From assembly GCF_036321535.1 (NCBI RefSeq), contig NC_087437.1, positions 113,770,001 to 113,834,000 of the forward strand: a stretch of DNA of 64,000 nt, in the 5' to 3' direction. A model generated the notes under the pieces. It made no database searches, was not told where the DNA came from, and saw only the letters and a program-made list of their open reading frames with translations. Position numbers and translations under genes: made by a program. The stretch comes from Camelus dromedarius. Taxonomy: Eukaryota. Below, piece after piece: positions 24,737 through 37,182 of this stretch (positions are counted from its first letter, which is position 1; each line of letters opens with the position of its first letter).

Positions 24737-25120
24737 GTGTTCCTCTGCTAGGGCTCAGAACCCAACGCCATAGACCCGGGGCGTGGGCGCCAGAACAACA
24801 GAAATTTGTTTCCGCACCATTCTGGAGGTGAGGTCCAAGATCAAGGCGTCACCAGGCCAGGTCTCTCCTGAGTGCCCTCTCCTTGGCAGGCAGAGGGCCA
24901 CCCTCGAGTTGTGGCCTCAAGTGGCCTGTTCTCCACACTTGGACACTCCTGGTGCCTCTTCGTCTTCTTATAGAGACATAAGTCCTGTTGGAATAGGCCC
25001 CCATCCTCATGGCTTCATTTAACCTTAATTACCTCCTTAAATGCCTTACCTCTGGGTACAGTCACACTGGGGGCTAGGCTTCAGCATATGATTTGCGGGA
25101 GACACACTTCATCCCGTAAC
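24737..25120 (-). mobile_element. MLT1B-type solo LTR
   Basis: aacaacagaaattt...ttctggagg..gtccaagatcaagg...tcttcttata..gaca..agtcctgttgga.tagg.ccc...ttaaccttaattacctccttaaa...cccgtaac. Confidence 0.85.
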
Positions 25121-25573
25121 GGGACCTGCGGTGAGAAGTGGTGACATGGAATGGAGTTGAAAAGATCTGGTTAAGGAGTGAAGCTCTTTCTCTGAGAAGG
25201 TACTGAAAAAGGAAGCGGCATTGCTGGAGAGAATTCATGGATGAGAAGACGTGTTGCTGACTTCCGGAAGCTTCCCAACCCAAGGGAAGATGGCATCTGT
25301 GATTTCTCCATGATGGACACAGTGTGAGGAAAGAGTGACCCTCCAACAGGAAAGCGTGCCACCTGGCTGTTTTCTAGAAGAACTGATGGTTGACACTCCT
25401 TGAAGCTGCAGCGTGGTCGAGCCAGAGAGGGCACATGCGCCCAAGGTGCCATGAGTACAAATCTGCTTGGCTGTGTGTGGACCAACCCACAGCCTTAGCC
25501 TCGTACCACTGAGCTCTCAGCCACCTAAGAAAGTGTCTTTTTCCTTTCTAATCAGGCCTTTGGTCACTACCCC

Positions 25574-25586
25574 TGCTGACTCAGCA
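25574..25586. promoter_or_regulatory. Perfect T-MARE (Maf recognition element) TGCTGACTCAGCA
   Basis: Exact 13-bp match to the T-MARE consensus; function not shown. Confidence 0.4.
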
Positions 25587-25639
25587 ACACTGGAGTTGGT
25601 GCTGGGCAGTGAAGGAGGGTCATTTCATGCCACGGTCAG

Positions 25640-26500
25640 ATACCCAGGGACACGCATGAGGATGCGGCGCTCTCTCTTCCCAGGCCAGGTCTCCCGTGGA
25701 AGCCCGAGTTTCTGCTCCTGCTCCCGCCACTTTCCGGGGGGCCACCTCCAGCCCCCCGCAGTCACACTTCCTGCCCACCAGCCAGCATTCCCTTTGGAAT
25801 GTAAATCACATTGCAGCTCTCCCCTGCTCAAAGCCCTCCAGCAGATTTCCACTGCATTTAGAATAAAACCCAAGGTCATTGCCAAGACCTATTTTTGCCA
25901 TAACCCACGGGAGCGATTTTGCACACATACACCCCTCTCCATGCTGGGACATCTGGCGATGTCCACAAACATTTGGGGTAGTCACAGTTCACAGAGGTGC
26001 TAATGGCATCTGGTGGGTAAAGGCCAGAGATGTGCTAAAGGTCCTACTCTGCAGAGGACCGTGACCTCCCTCCCTCTGCCATGGCAAAGAACTCTCCAGC
26101 CCCAAATGTCAAGAGTGCAGAGGCTGAAGAGCCACTGCCCCACAGGCACCCATGCTCTGGTGCAGCCTACCGTACCCACCTCTGTCGTATTCCTCCTGGG
26201 TGACCCTTCTCCTGGCCAGTCATGACTTTCTCAGATGCATCTTTGCCACCTTACGACATCTGCCTTCACTGCTCCTTCCAAAGGCTTTCTCTAATCCTAC
26301 AAACTCGCCCCTCTTTCTTCATAGCACTTCTGCTCACCTGCACTTAGAGCACTCACTGGCCTCTTTCCATGTGTCTTCCTTTCTAGGAGGTGACCTCGAT
26401 GACAGCACAGGCTTCGTCCCATTCACAGTTGAGTATCCAGTCCCCAAAGCAAGGCCGGCACACAGACAGCATTCAATAAACAGCTGCCAAATAGCTAAGG
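25640..26500 (+). mobile_element. L2 LINE 3' region interrupted by MER20
   Basis: gtaaatcacattgcagctctcccctgctcaaagccctccagcagatttccactgcatttagaataaaaccc; ends ggcacacagacagcattcaataaa. Confidence 0.7.
25895..26138 (+). mobile_element. MER20 hAT-Charlie MITE
   Basis: gcgattttgc...gggacatctggcgatgtcc...ggcatctggtgggtaaaggccagagatg...cccaaatgtcaagagtgcagaggctgaagagccactg. Confidence 0.85.
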
Positions 26501-28427
26501 AGGAAATGGAGACCTGCCCTAAGAGGTAGAGAAGGTTCCTGGGGTGCACAACGTGTGATCCCCCTCAATACTCCTCCAGCGAAAACTCTTCAATTAGATT
26601 TTGAAGCTGCCTGACTCCGCATGTGCCCAGCACCCACCCAACATAACGGGGGGCCCCCTACTCAAGGGATGGCAATGGATCCAAGGGTTCAAAGTCATGG
26701 AAGCCAATGGCAGGTGCCTTGGATGCACTTTCTTTGGTGAAATGACCTTCATTTCATTCTCCTTTTATTCTGGACCTCAGGCTTTTACAATAATAGTCTG
26801 GGCAGCATGGGCAGCATGGCCAGCAAACTGCAGAGCTAAATTCAAGTCTAGTTTCCAGCACTGTTTGCATCATGCAAACCGCATGTATGTACATGAGTGT
26901 GTGCATGTCCACGGGCTTGCCCTCATCTAGGGGCCAAGCTTCTCTTCTAAGGGGCCAACCAACGTGCTGGTCATTGCTTCCATTAGCACATAAATGCAGC
27001 TCCAACCAAAGCAAGTCTCTGCAGATTGAGAGTTAAGGAAGGAGAGCCAGCCAGAAACTCTTCGAAAGGTTCTGTGATAACTTTGTGTTTCCGAAGAGGG
27101 AAGGATGGGGCTTCCATTTAATTCACTAACAGTGGAAACCCTTTCTAGCACTGCGTGAAATATTCTTCTACAAACTAATTTCAGAACCCACTCATTTTCA
27201 AGACTCCCGATTTCCTGTCAACAGCAGTTTTTGCTTTTCTTTTCTTTTTTTTTCTTTCTTTCTTTTTCCCCTTCTTTTTTTGATGAGAGCTCTCCCCAGG
27301 GAAAAAGTAAAAACAGCCTTTCCTGGAAGAGTTCCTGCTGCCCTCATTTACCTTTTGCATAACAAAAGCCCAGACTATAATTCTGAATGGCTGTTTTGTG
27401 TAGTTGAACCAGGTGTCCTGCTTGGAGAGACTGAACATTAGAAGTCAAAGAAATGCCAATTTGCTCTGTTTCAAAACACTTTGTTTCAATTGCTGCCAAA
27501 GCCTTCGGGCAAAATGCTATAATCTATTTTCAGTTCCAGCTTTTCAGTTAGCCCGGCCTTTTTTTTTTTTTTTTAATTTATTAACATGCCCAAGTGACAG
27601 TATCACTTATTAACCTTCTTGATCTGGGAAGACTTTTATTAACTAGAAAAGATATTCATTATTTGAAATTGGTACTAGTTACTTCTTGGCCAGAGCATAT
27701 CAAAGTCCCAAAAGATGAAAACTGATTTATAAATAAATAACAAACATGCTGGTTAAAAATGTACCAGTAGTGTATCTGTTTCTAGATTAAATAATTAGAA
27801 ACTAGCAAGTCAAATTGAGATAGGTATGGCCACCCAGTTTGAAGAAGGATACTGACATATTTGATAAAAGCATAGTTTCAGTTTAAAGGGTTAGAGAGAT
27901 GGTAGAGTTTTGTCACATCTGGTGGATCCAGTCCCTCATTCTCTTGGCAAAACTACACTGGCAGAGAAGGATGTTAAAGAAAAGGCAGCATATGGATTGC
28001 TAACTGCTGGAGAAACAAGAGGCCCCCAGATGAACGCACAAGACTCACTCATTCAAAGATTTTCTGAGCATTTACTATGGGCTGGGGATCATTCTAGATG
28101 GTAGATTTGCAAGATAATCACAGATATTTCTGTTAACATGATATTAAATGCCTGGTTCTCTGAGCTGGGATTTTCCCATAATTCTTAATCAATGTCTAGA
28201 CAGGCTTATTTATCATAGATCTGTGCCTTTTCTCTCCAAAGGAGGATGCTAAAGACCTGAGAAGTTTATGCCATGGAAAAAAATGGGACTTTTGGTCAAA
28301 GATGTAGTATCAAATTTTGACATGGCAAACTGAGATGAGTAAGGTCCTTGACTCTCAGGGTACTCCTTTATCAAACAACCTGACCTCATCAAGTCGGGGC
28401 ATCAAATTGGTATCACGGGCAAGTTGA

Positions 28428-29070
28428 GAGAATGTGTACACACCGCTGGTGGGGATGTGAAGTGGTATTGCTGCTATGGAAAATGATTTGGAAGGTCCTC
28501 AGAAAGTTAAAATTTCCCTATGATTCAGCATGCTTACGTATATATCAAAAGAATTAAAAATAGGTATTCAAACAAACGCACGTAAATACATGTTCATAGC
28601 GGTACTATCTACAATAGCCAAAAGGTGGAAACAGCCCAAATGTCCATTACTGGATGAATGGATAAACAAATTGTGATATCTACAGACAATGGACTATTAT
28701 CCAGCAAAAAAAAGAATGAAGTACTGGTACATGACACACGTGGATCTACCTCAAAAACATTAAGTAAAAGAAGCCAGACACAAAAGGTCACACACTGTAC
28801 GATTTGATGTATGTGAATACCCAGAATAATTAAATCCACAGAAACGAAAAGCAGATGAGTGGTTGCCGAAGGCTGGGAGGAGGGTGAATGAGAGGAGTGC
28901 TTAATGGGCACAGAGTTTCCTAATGAGGTGATGAAAATATTTTGAAACTAAATGAAAGTGACGTTTGCACACACTGCTAATGTACTAACTGCCACTGGGA
29001 CGTTCACGTTTAAAGCGGTAAATTTTATGCTTGTGAATTTCAACTCAGTTGAAAACCAAAACCAAAAACA
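28428..29070 (+). mobile_element. L1MB-grade LINE 3' end
   Basis: gctggtggggatgtgaagtgg...atgttcatagc...gccaaaaggtggaaacagcccaaatgtcc...gaagccagacacaaaagg...aaattttatgcttgtgaattt. Confidence 0.85.
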
Positions 29071-29224
29071 AAACCTATGAGATGGTGTTTTGAAAATACT
29101 CCATACATTTTTTTTTTTAATTGACTTACCTGGGGTCACTGAGGATTGCAATTTGTATGGGTAAAATGTCGACAGGAGTATGAAACTTCTAGTGAGTTTT
29201 ACTTAAGAGAGAAAGAATTTTTTT

Positions 29225-29450
29225 CTCTGAAGGGATGCCTCCCTAAGATTCCCCTCTTGTCTCATTGGCCAGAATTGGGTCACATGTCCATTCTTAAACC
29301 AATCATGGCAAGAGGTGGGGGTTATGCTTAGACCAATCAGTACCCCTTGGAGCTGGGGATAGGTCATCTGAGACCATGGCTCTGGGTCTGTGTGTGTATA
29401 AATACTGGAAAAGAACCAAGTTTCTCTAGGACAAGCTAGAGGCCCAAGGA
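29225..29450 (-). mobile_element. Old MLT1 (J/K/L-grade) LTR fragment
   Basis: ctcattggccagaattgggtcacatgtccattcttaaaccaatcatggcaagagg. Confidence 0.65.
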
Positions 29451-29849
29451 CGCTGCTTAGACAATCCCCAGTGACGCCCCTGGTGGAAGAGCTGGCTTCA
29501 TGGCCAATACGGAGGAGCCCACACTTGTGCCTAAACATGTGCTTCAGGGAAATGCTGAGTTTCCTCACAGAGATTCAGAAATACTTTTCAACTCTAAAGG
29601 ACGATCAAGAAGGGGATTAAAAACTGCTACAAAGTATTGTCCACTATGTCTATAAAATAAAGTGACTGCTTTAAGAAACCCTTGTGTTCAGAGACAGGGT
29701 TCCAGAAGACACCAGAGTGAGAGGTGACTTAGGGAGGCGGTGGTAGGGAGGTGGACAGGGCCCTTGGAGAGAAGGACCTGGATGGTGTCCTGGCTCCAAA
29801 CTCCTAGTAGGACTGGACTTACCCTTTATGAAATGAAGCCTCCTCAAAC

Positions 29850-29990
29850 TTACCTTTAATCTGTGAAATAAGGAAAGCAGTACATTCCTCACAGAGACCT
29901 TGAAAGAATTATACCCGAGGGTGGAAAAAATGCTTCCTAATTTACGGTGAGTACTGAGAACACTGACCAAATTGCCTGGACAGTCATGCC
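29850..29990 (-). mobile_element. MIR SINE fragment
   Basis: ctgtgaaataagg..tacattcc...acagagaccttgaaagaatt...ccaaattgcctgg (diverged). Confidence 0.4.
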
Positions 29991-30344
29991 GGATGGACAC
30001 GACTTCCACACGGCTTTTTACTTTATAAAAATATTGGTGTGTGATGTATCTTAACATATGAAATTGTTCGAAATACTTCAGGCATCTTGGATGAAAGAAT
30101 GAGTGAATGAATGAATGAAGCATCAAAATGCCTGAATGTCTTTATATTCCAATTGAAAGCAGAGGTTCTGACTGGCCAGTGAGCTCCCCAAAATCCCTCC
30201 CTCAAAATAGAGGAACAACCGTTGGTTCCCAGGCCTGTCCCATCAGCATACTTCCATCCTTAGAAATCTCCAACCCACACACTGTAGACCTGGCTTAAAA
30301 CCATTCTTTACGGTAGTAATTTCTAGACACTTTATCATCAAGAC

Positions 30345-30508
30345 TGAATACATAAATTGGGGGACTCAGTGCCAAATTGAGGCCCCTTATTTAAAAATTA
30401 TTAACAATCTCAGGATGGTGACAGGAGAGCATTAACCCAAGTAGGGGGCTTTCTAAACACAAGACCTTGTTTGACCATACAGGTCACAGGGCTATGAACC
30501 CAGCCCTA
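30345..30508 (-). mobile_element. MER91-like hAT MITE
   Basis: cagtgccaaattgaggccccttatttaaaaattattaa..atctcaggatggtgacag..gagcattaacccaag...caggtcacagggctatgaacccagccct. Confidence 0.65.
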
Positions 30509-31544
30509 CTTCTTACCTACAAGTGGGAAATGCAAATGCCTTAGCACAGTATACCTGGCCCTTCAGAATGTGACCCTCTAGCTCCCATCTTGGGCTCCCC
30601 AGGGTCCCAATTAGCATTTGTCTCAAGGCACTTAAATCACAGTTTTTTAACACCTTGGTCTCTTCCCACAATAAGGTGAGCTCTTGAGTTCAGAGAGTGT
30701 GTCTCATCTCTTGTCTGCCTCTGGCTCTGAGACCAGTGTCTGGTCTACAGGTGGTTCCTAAGTGAACATGGGAAAGGCCCCCTCCTGGATCACGGCAACC
30801 CTGAATCACTCATTCTCTGCTGTGACTCTGGCTGGGACCTCTGAATCTGATCAGGTTTTGGCTTTGACTCCTGACCTTGCCCCTGGTTGACAGGGCACCT
30901 TTTCTTGGACTCCTAGTACCAAATTCCTCTCTCTTTCCTTTGGGTATTTAGCCTCAGGGATGGCGCTCACATCCCAACCTTGTCATTCATATTTCCAAAG
31001 CAGTGTGACCTAGGGTGAAGTTCCACTAAAGTAGGTCCCGAGACAAGGATTTGGGGAAAATATTTTACTTGCATGGTGAGGGGATGGGAAAGTGAGTAGG
31101 CAGAAGGTACAAAGCTAAGAAGAGATACCTTAAAGAGTAGGCTCCATTATGGGCAAACCACGCTCAGGCTGCTGGGAATCTTCTGAAAAGTTGTGTTGAA
31201 GCCAACTGTAAGAGATCCTACCAGGGAGAAGAAGCTGGACGATTTACTCCCAATGGCTACCTCGCCTTGCGTGACAGTCACTCTGGGGACTTCTGGCACT
31301 TTATCCTGTTTTGCATGTGGCTGTGTATGCCCATGGTTGAAGGATGTTCTTAGCCAGGGGATGCAGGAAGCCATCAGCGTGGCTGCAGGTAGGCTCTGGG
31401 ATAGGTGTGTGTGTTTTGGAGGAGGGCGGGGATAGGTGGACCACTGATGACATCTGTTACGCAGAGGAATGGCATGAAACAATCCTTGGCAGAAATATTC
31501 TGAGATGATCATGAACTCCAGCTACTGCATCAGTGGCAGAAACC

Positions 31545-31950
31545 ACGGCAGCTGGTTTCTTAAGGCTGCGGTGACAAAGTCCTACATACGTCATTTCACA
31601 GTTTGGGAGGTCGGAAGTCCAAAACCAAGGTGTCAGCAGTGCCATGCACTCTCTGAAGTCTCCAGGGAAGGACCTGTTCCAAGCCTCTCAGCTTGTCCCT
31701 TGGCTTATAGACAGCCAGCTTCTCCCTGCACATCTTACACTGTCCTTCCTCCATGTGTGTCTGTGTGTCCAATTTCCCCTTTTATAAGGACACTAGTCAC
31801 ATTGGATTAGGACCCATCCTAATAACCTCATTTTAACTTGATTACCTCTGCAAATACCTTGTCTCCAAATTTAAGTCATGTTTGGTGGTATGTGGGGTTA
31901 GGACTTCAATATATATATATATTTTTAGAGGGTATAATTTAATCCATGAG
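31545..31950 (-). mobile_element. MLT1C-type solo LTR
   Basis: aagtccaaaaccaaggtgtcagcag...ttttataaggacactagtcacattggattaggacccatcctaataacctcattttaacttgattacctctgcaaa. Confidence 0.85.
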
Positions 31951-32744
31951 ATGACCAAATGAAAAGAAACCACCACCAGTGTCCCACTCAGTCTCCTTAA
32001 GTGGCCAAACACCTAACAAGAAATTGTGCCCCTGTCTACCCAGGTGGTTTAGAGCAGTTCCCCAAAACAACTGCACTGGATTTTTTCACTTCACTCGGTC
32101 ATGTTAAAGAGAAACGTGGGCCAGACACTTTCAGCAGAAAGACACACATACCACCCAAGTTATATGCACAGCATGGCTTGCAAAATTCAGTCCAAGGGGA
32201 AGATTCATTGGAAGCCCTTTTAGGTTAAGAGTGACTATCGTGGGAGGTATGTGGTAAAGTAGGAGAAAATCCACAGGGAAATCTTTATAAAAACTAAAAT
32301 AATGAAAGGCTTCAAAAATAGGACCTGCAGAAAAAGCTAAATGGAATTTGATAATTTCGCCTGCAGAAAAAGGCAGATTGAGGTGTGGCTTCTCATTTCC
32401 CCCGCATTTGAAAGGTGGCCAAAGGCACTCCTAGTCCTGCCGAGAAGACAGGGATGGGAAAAAGGCTTAAATTGAAGGGGAGAGATTTGGATTGGATACA
32501 CTGAAGAATGTTCTAGAATTTGCCTACATGGTGTCAGCACTCCAGGATTAGCTCACAGACAGAATAGACTTTAGTTTTGCACAAAATTACTGATTTGTGC
32601 AGATTCCTTTTACATACATCATCACATTTGATTCTCCTCATGCTCCTTTGGCAGGGAGTAGGATAGGTAACATTGTATAAACTGTGAAGTACTGTGCACA
32701 TGATTTACACAGGTAGCCTATAAAATGCTTCATTTTTGCCAGTC

Positions 32745-32935
32745 CAGAGTGTCTCAACCTCAGCACCCTTGACATTTGGGGCCAAATTATTCTCTCTTGG
32801 GTGTTTAGCAGCATCTCTGGTCTCTATTCATTGGGTATAAATAGGCCCCATTCTCCCATCTTGACATCCCAAAATGTCTCCAATCATTATCAAAGGTTCC
32901 CTGGGGACAAAATCTCCCCCAGTTGAGAACCACTG
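32745..32935 (-). mobile_element. MER20 hAT-Charlie MITE
   Basis: cagagtgtctcaacctcagcac..ttgacatttggggcc...ccctggggacaaaatctcccccagttgagaaccactg. Confidence 0.85.
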
Positions 32936-33290
32936 ATTAGTCTAAGTTCTCCCAACTTTAGTTGAAGTTTTTCACTATTTTTTTTTAATCTTCTGCGAAG
33001 ATGAGAAATATTGTTGTTCGCTTTTAAATATTTGACAAAGAGCAAAGAGACAAAGCCACTGGCTTCCAGTATTTACAGAACCACTAGGAAATGATACCCG
33101 CATCCTGCTCACAATGGGAAGGTCCTGTGATGCATCCAAAGGGCAGAGAGGTCACAGGAGCCATAAGTCTGCCCAGCATTGCTGGGGAGGAAGTTCCACA
33201 GAAGAGGGAAGACTGAAATTAAATCGTTAAGGATGATCAGGGGCTTATCTACTAGGTGTTACCACTTATAGATAACATTCTCTTCTAGGT

Positions 33291-33519
33291 CAGGGGTCGT
33301 CATATGAGCTGTGGGCCAAATCAGGTCTGTTGTCTGTTTTTATAAATAAAGGATAATTAAATAAAGTTTTATTGGAACACAGTCATGGTCATTCTTTTGA
33401 GTAATGTCTATGGCTGCTCTTACATGATACAGCAGCAGATTTGAATAGTTGCCTGACTCAGTATGGATCACAAAGTTGAAAATACTGTCTGACCCAGAGA
33501 AAAAACTTGCTGGCCCCTG
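33291..33519 (+). mobile_element. MER58A hAT-Charlie MITE
   Basis: caggggtc...gggccaaatc...aataaagttttattggaacacag...gtctatggctgct...aaacttgctggcccctg; terminal inverted repeats. Confidence 0.85.
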
Positions 33520-33589
33520 TCTAGGACCTGGAATTACGAAGAACAGGGTCTTTACTGAGCACCCGTTCTGCTGCCTCACTTCTCATTGC

Positions 33590-33775
33590 TTTAGGTGAGA
33601 TTGTCTGCTGTGTGCCAAGCACTGTGGTTTGTATATGCTGCCTAATTTCTTCTTAGTAATGACCATGAAAAATATATAATCGCCAGTCCAACAAATAGAA
33701 GTTCAGATAAAATAATGAACTTGACAAAATTATATAGTGAGTAGGCAGGTGGATGCAGTGTTCAAATTCCCATTT
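33590..33775 (-). mobile_element. MIR SINE
   Basis: ctgtgtgccaagcactgt...gaagttcag..aaataa..aacttgacaaa. Confidence 0.55.
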
Positions 33776-33838
33776 TCTCAATTTAATGTCATTAAAACTC
33801 CATGAGTATGAGTTTCTTCACCTATTAAAAGCAAATAA

Positions 33839-34540
33839 TTTGTAGTTTGGTGCAGCCACCATGGAAAACAGTATAGAGATTCTTTAAAAATTAAAAATAG
33901 AGTTACCATATAATCCACAAATCCCACTTCTGGGCGAATATCTGGAAAAAACTCTAATTCAAAAAGATGCACGCACCCCAGTGTTCAGAGCAGCACTACT
34001 TACAGAAGCCAAGACATGGAAGCCACCTGAACGTCCATCGACAGATGAGTGGATAAAGAAGTTGCGGTGCATATACATTCAATGGAATACTAATGAGCTG
34101 TAAAAAAGAATGAATAATGCCATTTGCAGCAACATGCATGGACCTAAAGATTAACATACTAAGTGAAGTAGGTCAGAAAGAGAAAGACAAATATCATGCA
34201 ATATCACTTATATGTGGAATCTAAGAAAAATTATACAAATGAACTTATTTACAAAATAGAGATTCACAGATATAGAAAACAAACTATGATTACCAAAGAG
34301 GAAAGAGGTTGGGGGGGATGGATAAATTAGGAGTTTGGGATTAACAGATACACACTACTGTGTATAAAATAGATGAACAACAAAATCCTTCTGTATAGCA
34401 CAGGGAACCACAGTCAGTATTTTATAATAACCTATAACAAAAAGAATATGGAAAAATATATTTATAGAACTGAATCACCATGCTGTGCACCAGAAACTGA
34501 CACAAAATTGTAAATCAAATATACTTCAATCAGAAAAAAA
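33839..34540 (+). mobile_element. 5'-truncated cetartiodactyl-type L1 3' end
   Basis: ggtgcagccaccatggaaaacagtat...gtccatcgacagatgagtggataaagaag...polyA; TSD aaaagcaaataa at 33827-33838 and 34541-34552. Confidence 0.92.
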
Positions 34541-35214
34541 AAAAGCAAATAAAGGTACCTACCTGTCTTCAAAGGATAAGCTTTCTTTTGAAATAAAAGT
34601 GACAGTAACTCTTCTAATAGCAAGATGCCACGTCAGCAGCGAGAATCACAGCAGTAGGCGAGTGTGGTGCTCTGTGTTCCAGTGACACTGGCTTTGGGAC
34701 CAGCAGGGTCACACACATAAATCAGAGCAATGTATCCTTCTACAGCATTTGTGGCTCACCTCAGTGAATGCTTCCTTCTCGATTGCACAGCTCAGTTGGC
34801 AACTCCAGGGAAACAAATACAACCCGAGCTTGGAGTTAAAGGAGGTCTGAGAGCAGCGACTTGAATAAATCCACTTTGTACAGGGTTCACAGATCCTGGA
34901 GGCCACATTAAAGTCTTTCCCTAAATCAAGTCACGATGGGGCTGTCTGGGTGGTGGAGGAACTTGACACGCCCCGAAGATCTGACGCTGCCTTCTCTCCA
35001 CCCCGGCTGGCGAAGCAACCTGGTGGGTAATAGAGCTGGCGGCGGTTGTGCAGGTGGGCTTCGAACACAATGAACTAGTGGACCATGTGTCCCCTTTGTC
35101 TTGTTTCTCCTCTTCCCCAGATGCCTTGCTCGGTGCACACCTACTACTAGGCGTGTGTGTAGAACAAAGTGATTATCGTTACTCATGGAACAATGCATCA
35201 CCAGGACCGAGAAC

Positions 35215-35370
35215 AATACCCAGAGCATTTTAAATTCATCATTTCAACCCATCCTTACAACCACCCTCTGTGGTCGGCGCTGGAATTAGCCCCATTTTAC
35301 AGATGAAGAAGGCAAGGCTTGTGAGCTTAGGCCATTTCCCTTGAGTCATATAAAGACAAAGATTGAAAAG
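35215..35370 (-). mobile_element. MIR SINE
   Basis: catccttacaaccaccct...cccattttacagatgaagaa. Confidence 0.65.
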
Positions 35371-36048
35371 CAGATCTGGTTTCCTAATTATTTCACAGTT
35401 CCATCCTCAATGAAAAATGGGGTTCCCAGTTGAGGGTGCCTCCTGCCCAGAGAGCAGGGAGTCCTTCTAGCTTCCCTGAGCCACATGGCTCGGCCCACAT
35501 ATGAGCACCAGGCCTGTGGCCTTGCCAGGCTTGCTCAGACGGGCTGTGGGTGCATCACATGCCTCGGATAGTGTAGACCCCCCGGGAATGGGCATGTGTG
35601 AGCAATCAGTGTAGTAAAAAGAAGGAAATGATTAAGGCCCCTGTGGAAAGGCCATGTGGAAGGTATCTGAGCAGCAGAAGAAAGAGGTGTGAAGGCCCCC
35701 AGCACCTCAGGCCACAGGCAGCAGCTTGAGCCCACATGGGGGACCCCACTTCCCTGCCAAAGTGATGGCTGCTACCGCCTCAGGCGCGTGGGGTCCATCC
35801 TGGGTCTGGGTGGGCAGTTGTCGGGGGAGCATCCCCCCCTCCCCAGCTCACCCCAGCCACAGCTGCCTTTCTGCTCGGAGGTTCCTTCAGTCGTCAGGAC
35901 CTCCCAAGAGGCCGACACTCACATCTCTGTTCTCAGTGGGGCTTCCCCTGGGACAAGGATGGAAAAGTGAGTCCTCCAGAGTCACCCTCCAGGGGGCAAA
36001 GCCTAGTCCAAATACAGTTTCTGGAGTCCCTACACCCATTGGCTTTTG

Positions 36049-36200
36049 TTGTAGATTGAATTGTGTCCCTTAAAAAGATAGGCTTGAAGTCTTAACCCCC
36101 AGTGCCTGTGAATAGGATCTTATCTGGAAATAGGGGTGCTGGGACTGAGTTGTGCCCCCCAAGCCATATGCTGAGCAAACCCCCGATGTGGGTGTAGGTG
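36049..36200 (+). mobile_element. Two tandem MLT1 LTR 5' fragments
   Basis: tgtagattgaattgtgtccc...gaagtcttaacccccag...cttatctggaaatagggg immediately followed by tgctgggactgagttgtgcccccc..catatgctg. Confidence 0.6.
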
Positions 36201-36699
36201 TGCAATCAGTGCTTCGGGAATAACTGAAGAGATTTGTCAGCTGCATTGCACAGCGTTTATCTGAAGGGACACTGAGTAACTTAAGTGGTTTTCCCCATGG
36301 TGGGGAGGGGAGCAGAGCGGTACAGGTGAGGCTTTTAGTCACTGTCACCAGACGGAACAAACGGGATTCTGGTCTACCAGAATCTCTAAGCTGGAACCTA
36401 TAAGACTGCAGGAGGAGATGATCTTAGGATCCCAGAAACAGCAAGGCCTAGGTGTGCCTCCCCCGTGAGAACTTTTAGACTCTCCATGCTAATATGAGGG
36501 TTTCCGGAACAAAATTCTCAGCACCACTAAAGGGATCTTTGTGTTGATCTCAGGCCAATATGCAGATTCCCTGATTAGGTGTGGATCGTAGTAGACTTGC
36601 TGGGTCTACTGATCCAATTAGACTTTGGGAATGAGCCCCAAAGGCTGTTTTCTCAGGGTATCAGAATGGCCTGCCTGCCTCCTTAGACCAACAGGATGG

Positions 36700-37145
36700 G
36701 GCTCCAATCAGGGTGCTGGTTATTCCCAACGTGCCCTGCTACACCTCACAGCTGTTCTCCCTGCTCCTCTACCTGCCCCTGGGGATGAGCTGTGGGGGGC
36801 AGGACTGCATTGCCTGGGCTGCTTTGACCTCTGGAGAAAGACTGCAGGAGGAGGGGAGAGAGAGGTCAGTGTATTTCTCCTTCCCTCTCTCCTTGCCTCA
36901 TTGTAGTTCCACCAGGGAGGCGGCGATGGCTATAGCTCCTGTTGGATGTTCCCCCTCCTGCAGCTCCACTGCTCAGCACCTCCCCTTGCTCCCTCAGCCT
37001 TAGAGGTTGCTAGTCCCTGGGTGCTTCACTGCTCCTTATGAGTTTCCCAAGCTTATCCATCTGGAAATAATTATTTTCATTACATTCTCCCTAATTTCCA
37101 TAACTCGGTGCTGGGACATTTTTTTTTCCTGCTAGAATTCTAATG
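36700..37145. mobile_element. Old ERVL-class LTR (LTR16/33-like)
   Basis: ggagagagaggtcagtgtatt...cccttgctccctcagccttagaggttgctagtccctggg resembles recalled LTR16/33; family uncertain. Confidence 0.5.
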
Positions 37146-37182
37146 GCTATGGTAAGCTCCAAGGTATATTAGCCAATATTTT

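Noticed and set aside
25467-26003. Longest ORF in the track (178 aa)
   Set aside because: It runs through L2 and MER20 remnants, has no recognisable domain and has no splice support.
29130-29188. Minus-strand exon candidate with strong donor CAG|GTAAGT
   Set aside because: The acceptor has no pyrimidine tract, it sits between L1 and MLT1 remnants, and the peptides are unrecognisable.
30505-30540. Second minus-strand AG|GTAAGA motif (catttcccacttgtag|gtaaga)
   Set aside because: Much weaker pyrimidine tract than the site at 14090 and adjacent to a MER91 end; compatible with chance.
34774-34920. Minus-strand exon candidate ending GAG|GTGAGC with an open frame
   Set aside because: Weak acceptor, no recognised protein, no neighbouring exons to support it.
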